Assembly (NCBI RefSeq): GCF_001194135.2
Contig: NC_068990.1
Coordinates: forward strand, 32,442,417-32,506,416
DNA from: Octopus bimaculoides
Lineage: Eukaryota
Length of the DNA stretch: 64,000 nucleotides
Direction: 5' to 3'
In this document: positions 53,770 to 64,000 of the stretch, piece after piece
Numbering within the stretch: position 1 is the stretch's first letter
Layout of the letters: every line of letters starts with the position of its first letter
Notes under the pieces: model-generated
Database searches by the model: none
What the model saw: the letters and a program-made list of their open reading frames with translations, nothing else
What the model was told of the DNA's origin: nothing
Program-made: the position numbers and the translations under genes

Positions 53770-54350
53770 TATATTTATGTGTGTGTGTGTGTGTGTGTGT
53801 TTGTGTCTATGTTTGTCCCCCCATCGTCGCTTGACAACCGATGTTGGTGTGTTTACATCCCCACAACTTAGCAGTTTGGCAAAAGACACCAATAGAATAA
53901 GCACTAGGCTTACAAAGAATAAGTCCTGGGGTTGATTTCTTCAACCAAAACACCCTCTAAGGTGGTGCTCCAGCATGGCTGCAGTCAAATGAGTGAAACA
54001 AGTAAAAAAATAAAAGAATATATATACCAAGGGTTCTATTTTAAACTGGTGATGCCCCAGCATGGCCACAGCCTTAAGGCTGAAACACATAACAGAATGT
54101 ATATATATATATCTACATGTGTGGGTCTTTGTATCTGTACCCCCTCCTCCCACCACCACTGCTTGACAATCAGTGTTTGTTGGTTTACATCCTTGAAAGT
54201 TAGCAGCTCAGCAAAAGAGACCGGTAGAATAAATAGCAATCTTTAGAAAGTAAATACCAGGGGGTGGGGGTGGGAGTTGATTCATTTGACTATGACTTGT
54301 CAAGACAGTGCCCCGGCATGGCCACAATCCAAAGACAGAAACTAGTTGAA
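53770..54350. mobile_element. Cluster of SINE family A 3' halves
   Basis: GTTTGTCCCC...CTTGACAACCGATG...CAGCATGGC..CAGTCAAATGA repeated. Confidence 0.8.
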
Positions 54351-55256
54351 GAAAATATTTTCCAGTCCTTATTCTAACACGAGAAATGAATATGTTGTCA
54401 CAGCTTGCCAGTATCACATTGTTTCAGTTCCTAGGCAGTTTGCTGGTGACCTTTTCAACCAAGTGCATACCGTTTTGCTCCCCAATCTTCCCTCCTTCTT
54501 CATCCTTCCCACCCTCCTCTATATGCCCCCATCTTCCCTTCCTCCTTTCTTCTCTCCCTCTTCCCTCTCTTCCCTCCTCCTCCCACCCTGTTTTTCTCTT
54601 CCACTTCAACTGATTTTTACTTAATTCGTTAATTATCTATTTGGTAATGTCCATCTGGTTGATTAGTTTGTTTTTAAGAGAAAATAAATCCCCCAAACAC
54701 CAGAAATATCTTTATTTCATCTTTCATTTCAACTAGTCTGGCTTTTTTCTTAATGACTCACTAATTAAAAACACAATATTTAGCTATTTGTCTCTTTCTC
54801 CTTTGTTGCTTGCTCACTTTAATGTCTACAGTGTGCATCACCTTATTTGAGTCAAGTGTTTTGGCTATAAAGAAATATGAAAGAGTTTTATTAATATTAC
54901 TATAAACTTCAGTATTATAATTATGGAAATCAATCTTCTGTAGGTAACATTTCTAGATGGGAGTAGTTTCTGTTAATTATAAGACCTGAGGTAATGTAGA
55001 ATAAAGTGTTCTGCTGAGGAAAACAATGAAATGCCTTTGAAAGATTTGAACTTGTGAGTTGCTAGACACCTCATCCACTTGATCATATAATTTTTCTTTA
55101 GTTTGCTTTAATTATCACTGCCAAGGCCATGCTGAAGAAACCCCTTTAGTATAATCATGTGCGAATTCTGAATGAATTATGAGACAGTGGTGAAATAAAA
55201 CATTTCTAAAATAACACCTTTAGTACTCGAAATGGGTTTCTTATTATCATTACTAT

Positions 55257-55890
55257 TAAGGCAATGTACTGGTGAAACTGCTGGCTTGCCAGACAAAATG
55301 TTTAGCAGCATTTCATTCATCTTTATTTTCTCAAGTCAAATTCCAATGGGGTCGACTTTGCCTTTCATCCTTTGAGGGCGATAAAATAAGTACCAATCAA
55401 GTACTGGGGTTAATGTAACCATCTTCCCCTCTCCTCAAAACCTGCTGGCTCAGTGTCAACATTTCAAGCTATTATTATTATTAATCTTAAGGCAGTGAGC
55501 TAGCAGAATCGTTAGCACACCAGACAAAATGATTAGTGGTATTTTGTCTGTCTTTATGTTCTGAGTTCAAATTCTGCCAAAGTTGACTTTACCTTTTATC
55601 CTTTTGGGGTCAATAAAATAAATACCAGTGGTGCAACGAAGTCGACATAATTGACTTACACCTTCCCTCAAAATTTCTGGCCTTGTACCAAAATTTGAAA
55701 TTATTATTATTTTTACTCTTAGAGCAGTGAATTCGCCAAAGTATCGGAGCTTCAAATGGTTTTTCTTTAGGCTCTTTACATTCTGAGTTCAAATCCTGTT
55801 AATTTTGCTTCTCATCCTTTTGGTGCCAATGCAATAGACTGACTACCCCCACCCTCAAACTTACTAGCCCTGTGCCTAAGTTGAAAATTA
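55257..55890 (+). mobile_element. Three head-to-tail SINE family B copies separated by (TTA)n
   Basis: Starts near 55257, 55487 and 55720. Confidence 0.8.
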
Positions 55891-56364
55891 AAATTGCTTT
55901 CCATTCCTCTGAGGGATCAGTTTTAGTCAATTACCCACTTGTCCAAAATTTCATGCCTTCTGTTTATGTTAGAAGCAATTATCATTATGGATAATCTCTC
56001 TCTCACCTCCTCACTCCTCTCTGATATCTCTATGTGAGTGTCAGATATCGAGGGGATTCCTACTGAAAGTGCGACTCAGGTGAACTGCTGCCAATACCCA
56101 CAGTAGGGTAGTTTTGGGATGCCATAGCTGATTATGCACAAGCTCACGCTGTGTCTGTGGAACCTGCAGAGACTCCTGGCTGACAAAGATGACTAGGTGT
56201 GGTTGTTTTCATTTGTGAGATTACCTTGCTATAGTTTGTTTCTTTGATTGAGCTGCAATCTTGAGTCCAGTACAGAGCAAAATTGAGGGTTTATCACCTG
56301 GAAATTTGAATGGGGGATCTTTTCATTATTGCTATTTATTATTTCTTTTTCATCATCGTCGTCG

Positions 56365-56523
56365 TCGTCGTTGTCGTCATCATCATCATCATCATTGCCT
56401 TTGCACAGCTTCTAATGCTGGAGATGTACTACAGTGTCATCTGTTCACTACCAGTGGACTAAGGTAACACCTCTAATTTCTCGTGCACCTTCTGGAGTAT
56501 TCGAGCGGTTCCAAGCAGTATTA

Positions 56524-56554
<31 letters not shown>

Positions 56555-57310
56555 TTGTTATTGTTAAGTTCACATTTTTTACTTGATGCATCCCACCAAT
56601 TTCCAACTAGTTTTGTATTTTGTCTTTTTGTTGTTCTCATCTCGTGCCTTTGTGACCAATAAAATAAACCTTTATTATCATCGGTTGTACTATTCTAGTA
56701 GCCTTTCTGCAAGTGCATAATTCCTTTACAAAAGTGAATGCAGCTGTGTTCAATATATGAAATTTTTAGTATTGAAAATGCTTTATGTACACTACCAGTT
56801 TGTGTGTATGTTATGAGATTTGGTTATGCATTGTCAATATCTCTCCTTATCAATTCATTCAGGGTATTCACTACTATTATTATGGAGAATGTTTCTCCTT
56901 TCAATCCCCACATTCTGGATATTCCTATTTCCAAATTTTCATATTTGAATAATTTCTCTGTCAGAACTATATTGTTTGTTGAAATTGGTACATTGATATG
57001 GAGATATTATTTCTCTTGAATATCTTTGGCATTAATATCTTGGGTATTTGCCTTAATCTCCCAGTCTATGTGAACTGATTTGCCATAGAGTATAACCACT
57101 TTGTTGCTCTTGCTGGTGCATATTTGCATCATCTCTTTTCTATTGATATTTCATAACACTGGTATAATTTCCGAAGTATGTCTTGCTTTTACATATTCCC
57201 TTTTCATTAAGGTTGGGCAACCAAACACATCATAAAATGAATGGTTTATAAAAGCAAGATTTGAGTTGATACTTTATAACTGGCTTGCTGTTCTCTGCTA
57301 CTACCACTGC
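56365..57310 (-). mobile_element. R4/Dong-like non-LTR relic (RLE domain, C-terminus and tail)
   Basis: SVHIDWEIKANTQDINAKDIQEK, KLFKYENLEIGISRMWGLK; C-terminal LLGTARILQKV at 56480-56520 followed by a (GAT)n tail. Confidence 0.75.
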
Positions 57311-57924
57311 TTTAACAACCATGATGTTTACTGGTACTATTTGAACTTTTGAGTGACCAAATAATTTTAGCTATATAACCTAATCTAGAAAAGTGTTGGT
57401 GTACAACCACAGCTGGTTTTCCTCTTGCCATGTCAGTTGGTGTACCGGTTAATTGAGTGAGAAACTAGGTAATGGGGACTGGTACCACTTGTGCTATGGA
57501 GATGAAATCAAATTGTAAATATGTGGAGTTAACCTTTTTGCATTTAAACCAGCCATATCTAGACCAAATATTCTATCTGCTTTATGTTCAAGTTGGCCAG
57601 ATCCAGCCTCATACACCTCTCTTACAATGTCATTCTAAAAATAAGCAATTACATCATTGAAATCTTGAAGTTATTAGATAATGCATGATTAATTCAAAAG
57701 AATGTAAATAATTGAGTATTACATATGTCAGTAAGGTGGCAGGCAAGCAGAATCGTAGTACACTAGGTGAAATACTTAGTAGTATTTCACCCTTCTTTAT
57801 GTCCTAAGTTCAAATTCTGCCAAGGTTGACTTTGCTTTTCATCCTTTTGGGGTCAATAAAATAAGTATTAGTTGAGCACCAGGATTGATGTAATGGGTCT
57901 GAGTATAAAAACTGCACCCTTCTG

Positions 57925-58170
57925 CTAAGCCATTTCTAGCCAGTGTGACAGAGTAGGCTCATCAAACAAGGATGATCTGAAACTCAAATTCACAGCCTGC
58001 ACATCAGACTGTGGCTGATGGAGAGAACAGGCTAAGGTCTTTGTCCTAGAGGGCTTAGCATAGGCAGATGAAGCCAGTCCATATGACAGTAATCTGAATG
58101 TTAATTCACAATGAATGTTATCCAAGATATTCATTAGAAACTCTTCACTCTCAACCCTCTGAATCATTAA
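57925..58170 (-). pseudogene. Possible decayed LINE RT fragment
   Basis: VESEEFLMNILDNI...LASSAYA weakly resembles FLG..LD..L.W..H...L.S..YA. Confidence 0.3.
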
Positions 58171-60069
58171 TATTTCAGACAGTGGTGTTTTTGTTTTTTC
58201 CTTATTCACTTATGCTTTGCCAATCTTTGACAAGTATTGACTATTTATGGAATTGTCATACGGATATCTTATGGCATTTTGTAGTTGTATTTTTAGTTCT
58301 TTTAATAATTTCTACCACCATTTCTGTGTCCTCCTAATTTTAGTCAATGTACTTCTCTTTTATGCCAGTTGATCTAAACATGACCAAAATAATTTTCTTT
58401 CATGTTTTTCGTGTTCTGCAGCTATTCATATTAGTTCTTCGTTATTAGATATTTCTCTTACATATTAAGATGTAATTGCCTTTTAGCATTTATATTTTTT
58501 TTCCTAAACCTTTGTGGATTGTTCTAATTATTCTTAGGTATTGGTTGTGTTACCACAACATAGAAATATGGAATTATTGTCATTCATTCATTTCCTCCTC
58601 CAGCTGCTATTCTTCTTCTTCACTACCACCATCACTTTCTGTCTCCCTCTTCTACTTCCTCTTCTATTACTCTTATCATCCTCCTGCTGCTTTTCTCCTC
58701 CCCCTCCTCACTGCTGCCACTGCCACCGCCGCTGCCACCACCACCACCACCACCACCATCGTTATCATCATCATCAACAGTTCTACTGAATTTATGAATG
58801 ATAAATACATTGACATGAACAATTTATTATTTTCTTATCTCTGAAGGTTGCGTATTTATTTTCTGTGAGATTCTTCAAGATATTGAGAAAGGTAAAAAAA
58901 AAAAAAAAAAAAAAAAANNNNNNNNNNNNNNNNNNNNNNNNNNNNNNNNNNNNNNAACAGTTTCACAATTTTCAAAACTGGAAAAACTTTAGGAAAGAAA
59001 CATTAAAATTTAACAGTTAAAAACAAATGAAAATTTCAGAAATTTAATTTGATTTCAAAGAAAAATAAATTTACATGGACTTAACATCATGCATGTTAGT
59101 GTTTGTTTTGGAATAATCCCAACTTCTTCATTTCATAATACCAACAGTGGTGAATATTTTTTGGTTAATAATTCAGAAATATTTTCTTTAATCCTTTTTT
59201 GTCTGTTTTGCAGTGATATATATTTTGATTTCTCAACTGTCAGTTTTAGGTGTTTATTTTACTTTTTCATTTTCGTTTTGTAATTCTCTTTTTTGAATTT
59301 TGTCAATGAAATTTTCTTATTCTTTCATTGGTAATGATTGCTGCAGATGGCACAGTTGATAGGATGTTGGACTATCAGTTTGGAAGGTTGGTGGTTCACA
59401 TCTTGTTACTAGCAAGAATAGGGCTTCATTGGGGTGGGGGTTGACATCTCTGCCTTCCTGAGCTAGTTTTCCACCACATTTCTTAAAAATCATGGTAGAG
59501 GGCTTGGTTTCAGAACCACTCATATCTAGAAACTGAGGTTGGGGGTAAGCAAGGGCATGCTCTCCATAGAAAATCCAGCTCCAAAAAAGCCTCATGGTAG
59601 CAAAGGAGAATGGACACCAGCCAGCCCAAAAGTTGGGGAGGGCTGCACCTGCCTACCTCGGTTGCTATGGCATTGAGGTAGATCCAGCCACCCCTGTTAA
59701 TGGGGACAAAACCCGAATTTAAAACACTGGATGATGATGATGGTGGTGGACCCATGCATGAAAGTTAATATACTATCAAGAAGAATGGTGGTTGATATAA
59801 TAACCTTGTGTAATTCATGTCAGCATGGATCTTAAAATGGTAATGATGGTGTTGTTAATGATGATGGTAACTGTGTGAATGCATGTATAGGTAACTCTTT
59901 AGGTTAAGATACGAAGCCTTAGATCTGTCAATTCATTACATGCATGGAATTAAAGCAAATTAAAAATGTTCATACGCAAACACATATACACACACATGAA
60001 TGCATGCATGTACATTGTTTGCACACATACACACACACATGCACACGCTGACTTAAATTTCTTCTATGG

Positions 60070-60432
60070 CTTCTGTAGATCCAGATTTACTGGTGACATG
60101 ATATCTTATTTCAAACACAAATAGTCTCTTGTTCTTGACAAATTTAACAAAACCAATCCCACAATCTTGTTGTATATGACATCACGCCGCTTTAAAGCAA
60201 CATCTGTTGAAGGAGAACTCACAGACCTTTCTTTTTAATCATGATGTCGTGTACACACATTTTCTGTCATTATTACATGATGAAAAGGTAGCAAGAGGCG
60301 ATGAAGATGGAGGTCCGTAAGCTGCTGAACGAAGTGCTGGGTCTCCATGAGGCTATTGTTGTGTCGTCGCTGGAACTGGCTGTGTGCTCTGTGGTCAGCG
60401 GCTAGACCTCAGAAGGTGTTGCTTTGTACTGT
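60070..60432 (-). other. Candidate early exon (5' UTR with short uORFs) of the minus-strand gene
   Basis: Acceptor TTTTTTTTCTACAG at 60433; GC/CpG-rich unique sequence; ATG at 60348 in ctcATGG context opens only 37 codons; 3' boundary uncertain. Confidence 0.35.
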
Positions 60433-61089
60433 CTGTAGAAAAAAAATATTGTTGACCAACCTTACGTTGTTGCTGCAAGGAAAAAAACAATACAGGCAAA
60501 AATTTTTATGTATGTGCGTGTGTGTAGTAATTTTTTTTCTTTGTGTGTTGTCCTGTAAGACAATAGATGGAAGCAATGTTGTTTTGTTTTTTTTCTGTTT
60601 TTCAAGCCATGTGGAACGGCTTGTGTCATAGTAGTTGATGGTTCAGTTTCCAGGCTGTATGGTATTTTCTCCGGGGTAAGAAAACTGTTGCAGTTGGTTG
60701 GATTGTTCCATTCCCTCGTCTCTTGTGTTGTTTTTTTTTCCGTCGTCTCTTCATTTTTTTTACGAGTTGTTTGAGAGATAATTCCGTTATCACGTCGGGG
60801 GTCACCAGTTATAAGAATTGGATGAGATATGACGGCTCGGCCGTCTCTCCCCAGTTCTTATATTAATCATTAAAATCCAGAAATACAACAACACAAGGGA
60901 TAACGGTAACAACAGATCAATAGTTTATTCTAGGTTGGTGTAGAGCCGTTTCGTTCCTGGGTGAACAGGCATGCCGCTAGAATACCAAAGAAGCTTCGAC
61001 CACATATCGGGGTAGAGTTGTGACATTCGTGTTGTCACCTCCGCTGCTAGAGAGAGAAGAGATCGAACGCTATTGCTTTTTCTCCACCT

Positions 61090-61330
61090 GTTGCATTGCG
61101 CATGCATGCTCGGGTACTTCTGCTGACGGCAAGTCCTTGCACATGCGCAATGGCACTTCCCAAGATGGCGGCCACACGCGCCACTACATAATTAAATTCA
61201 TGAAATCCTTAAAAAGAAGCAAAAAATCAAACGAAACATCAATAACTATACAGAATGATTTCATTTGTCTGCCATCTTTTTACTAACCATCATCATTATT
61301 ATTATTATTATTATTATCATACTTCCGGTT
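61090..61330. promoter_or_regulatory. CpG-rich, probably bidirectional housekeeping-type promoter
   Basis: YY1 consensus CAAGATGGCGGC (61161-61172), ETS ACTTCCGG (61321-61328), NRF1-like TGCGCATGCA (61097) and GCACATGCGCA (61139); CpG density visibly far above the rest of the window. Confidence 0.7.
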
Positions 61331-61499
61331 GGAAGGTGAGAACATTGTTGACAGCATGACAAGTATTTTTGGTATCAAAACTACCGTCTTCGTTGATATT
61401 AATGTTCGAAAGTGAGCTTAAGACAATAGTCTTCGTCCCTTGAAAAAAAAAGAACTAAATAATATTTGGGCCTTGTGCCCAAATATTAATATTTGCGAA

Positions 61500-61958
61500 A
61501 TGTTTACACGTTCGCGAACGAAAAATGGCGTGGAGGGGCGTAACTTTCTAATGCAAAACAAACCAGTTTGTGACAGCAAGAAAAGTCACGGAAATGTAAT
61601 TTTCGCTGACACAAGTAACAATTTCAAGAACGAAATTGATAACGAATCCAAAAGCACCACAGACTTTATGGATAGCGATAAAATTAGCAGCAAAGAACAA
61701 AGAAGTATTGCGACAGAGAAAAACGACACAACGGAGAACACACAATCACTCGATGGTCGTATAGACAACACAAATGTAACTGCCAACTCCACAAACAAAA
61801 ATAATATGGAAAATACCATGATAACTGATATCTACACAGAATATAACAACCCCAACAACACGGAGCAGAAAAGTTTAACAGAAAACAATAACAGAACGAA
61901 TAACAACAAAAACATCGAGAATACAACCTATACCAATAACAGAAGCAGATGTATTTGA
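61500..61958 (+). CDS. Unidentified N/T/S/K-rich low-complexity protein, probable first coding exon (152 aa to TGA; the frame stays open to 62192)
   Basis: ATG at 61500 (the track start at 61440 is TTG); MFTRSRTKNGVEGRNFLMQ...; lies immediately downstream of the promoter motifs; CpG-rich and non-repetitive. Confidence 0.55.
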   Translation: MFTRSRTKNGVEGRNFLMQNKPVCDSKKSHGNVIFADTSNNFKNEIDNESKSTTDFMDSDKISSKEQRSIATEKNDTTENTQSLDGRIDNTNVTANSTNKNNMENTMITDIYTEYNNPNNTEQKSLTENNNRTNNNKNIENTTYTNNRSRCI

Positions 61959-63716
61959 AACAGGGGTCCGTATACCACCGTTGACACCAACACAAAAGCT
62001 GGGAAAACAAAAAGCAGCACCAGCTGTAGAAAGATCACTACCAACGGCAGGGAAAGCAGTAAAAATAGCAATGGTGGCAGACATAACAACAACATCAGCA
62101 GGAATAGTATTAGTAATAATAATATTCCTTTAAGAGTAAAGGTTTCTGGAAATTCTCTCTGCATAGAAGAGAACTATGTATTATCCCTATAAGCTGGGTT
62201 TTAACCAATCTGTTAGTTGTATTATCAATACCAGATCAACAAATGGTGCTGACTTTACTAAAAGAGCTCTGGCCTTTTACATTCTGAATTCTTGTAAAGA
62301 TCAACATTTTCATCTGTTTTAGATTTATAAAATAAATACCAGCTAATATATTCAATGGGCTATGTAGTCTTTAGCAACAAAAATTAACCTTGCGCTTATT
62401 CTAAAAAATAATAATAATAATAATAATAATAAATAGGCAAGATACATAGAAAGAAGAATATTTACAGAAAATACATTCTAAAACCAAATAACAAAAAACT
62501 AAAAAAAGAAAACACAGAATAAAACGTAAATGAAAAAGAAAATAAAATGGAAATAAAATATTTCCTTCTGAATTTAAAGAGTTTTCTGGTTTTCTTTTAG
62601 TCTCTTTTCAATTTTCTTTGGCAAAATAAAACTTTCAGAGTTGAAGAATTATTTTCTAAATCTACATTGAAAGGAGGGTACTGGTGAATTATGGGGGATA
62701 GGGGAAGGGGTGGAATAAAGATTATATATACATACATGCATGCAAATACAGATTGGCAGATAGACAGATAGAAAATACTAGGTAGGAATAATAATGACAG
62801 ACAGAAGCAGAGATAAGTGTATCTTATCAACCAATAAATGAATACATACAGAGAAGAACACACACATACACACACACATTAAAAGAAAATAAACAATCAG
62901 TTTTGCTGCATGAAAAAATATTTGGTTGCCCTGTTGCTACTGTAGTAAATGTATTTGTTGTTGATGTTATATTTGTTGTTGCTACTGTTGTAGTTGTTCA
63001 GCTAGTTGTTACCACTTGCATTGATCGAAACTCACCAAAGCCTTTTTTTTTCTTTCTTCCTTCTACTTTAATTTGTTTATTTTTCATGGTAAACAAAGCC
63101 AGACACATGCATATGCACACACATACACATGTGCACACACACACCCATGCACACAGAGTTTTCTAGAAGCTTCTTCAACGAAGTTCCAAGATATAATAAA
63201 ATATAAAAATAAACCCAAAACCTGATGAAAAACCTCTAAACCATATCAGAATAACTAGCTAAATAAACTTGCGTTCATCTATGGGCTTTTGTTGTTGTTG
63301 TTTATGTTGCTTTCTTACAGAATAGATTTGTGTATGGTGGTGGTGGTCATGTGGAGTGGTGTGTGTATAGTGGCTGGCAGAGTGATATAGTTAGTTATGG
63401 GAAGTAATTATAATGCTACACACAAGATGTATAATACACATGCATAAGTGTTGCATGCATGTGTGCAAATATATATGTATATATATATAAAGTTTCAGTT
63501 ATGAGAAGTAATCATATATCACATTTTTGGCTTTCATTTTGTTCTGTGGCACCAGTTTCCACCTAGTCTTTTGACAGGCATGCGTAGAAATTAATAACTG
63601 TTATTTGCAAGGTATTTTTATTGGGCCAAGCAAATCCAAACACCCAGTTTTCAGTGATATTAGTAACAACAAGAACCTTAATTACATGAGTCTGTGTGTG
63701 TATACATATGTGTGTT

Positions 63717-63748
<32 letters not shown>

Positions 63749-63990
63749 GTGAAGTATATTGCCACTTAAGTGTGGCTGACCCCTAGGGGTGGATGTTACT
63801 GTTGCTTTTAGCCCCAGGAGGACATCTCCTCCAGCTGGCTTATCGACACACTACTGTGTCCTGTTTGCCAAGGGAAGTTATCCCTCTCATCATGATCTGT
63901 AGCACGAACGGACCCGGGTTTCAGGGTTATTTCCCTTCGTCAGCGTCCGATAGCCACTGATCTTTGATGAGAGAGATAAATTCTTGGCAA
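63749..63990 (-). mobile_element. Structured, hammerhead-containing retrozyme/PLE-pLTR-like element abutting (TA)n
   Basis: 38-bp extended stem plus three small hairpins (63761-63776, 63817-63832, 63845-63860); may continue beyond the window. Confidence 0.65.
63905..63949 (-). ncRNA. Canonical type I hammerhead ribozyme
   Basis: CGGACG-CTGACGA-AGGG aaataa CCCT-GAAA-CCCGGG-TC-CGTTCG; all core nucleotides present, 6-bp stem I, 4-bp stem II, palindromic stem III. Confidence 0.88.
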
Positions 63991-64000
63991 TCTTATGTAT

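Noticed and set aside
54840-54885. 23-nt minus-strand microexon candidate
   Set aside because: Weak donor (GTGATG) and phase incompatible with the 51580 exon; could be chance.
60065-60340. Cys-rich minus-strand frame with two in-frame TGAs (selenoprotein idea)
   Set aside because: No start codon in that frame (upstream TAG), no SECIS identified and no family similarity.

Overview
AT-rich eukaryotic genomic DNA with about a dozen assembly gaps, dominated by microsatellites and decayed transposable elements. The SINE/RTE repertoire and composition suggest an octopus or other coleoid cephalopod (inference, not verified). Nearly all ORFs in the supplied track are artefacts of microsatellites, N-runs or antisense repeats. 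Recognisable elements: tRNA-derived SINE families, RTE and R4/Dong-type LINE fragments, Tc1 and two mariner relics, a hAT relic, TTAA- and Charlie-type MITEs, a Helitron helicase fragment and a Penelope-like (PLE) endonuclease fragment. Host-gene evidence is limited to the right end: a CpG-rich promoter at about 61.1-61.3 kb (YY1, ETS and NRF1-like motifs), a plus-strand N/T/S-rich ORF interrupted by one in-frame TGA, and a probable minus-strand gene with a Cys-containing terminal exon at 51.3-51.6 kb. The most interesting signal is a set of type I hammerhead ribozyme motifs from several families. One is fully canonical (63905-63949, minus) at the tip of a 38-bp extended stem, a covarying relative lies at 7.55 kb, and a direct-repeat pair 514 nt apart at 30.0-30.7 kb is joined to an inverted duplication. 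Together they point to non-autonomous PLE/retrozyme-like elements that may target (TA)n microsatellites.
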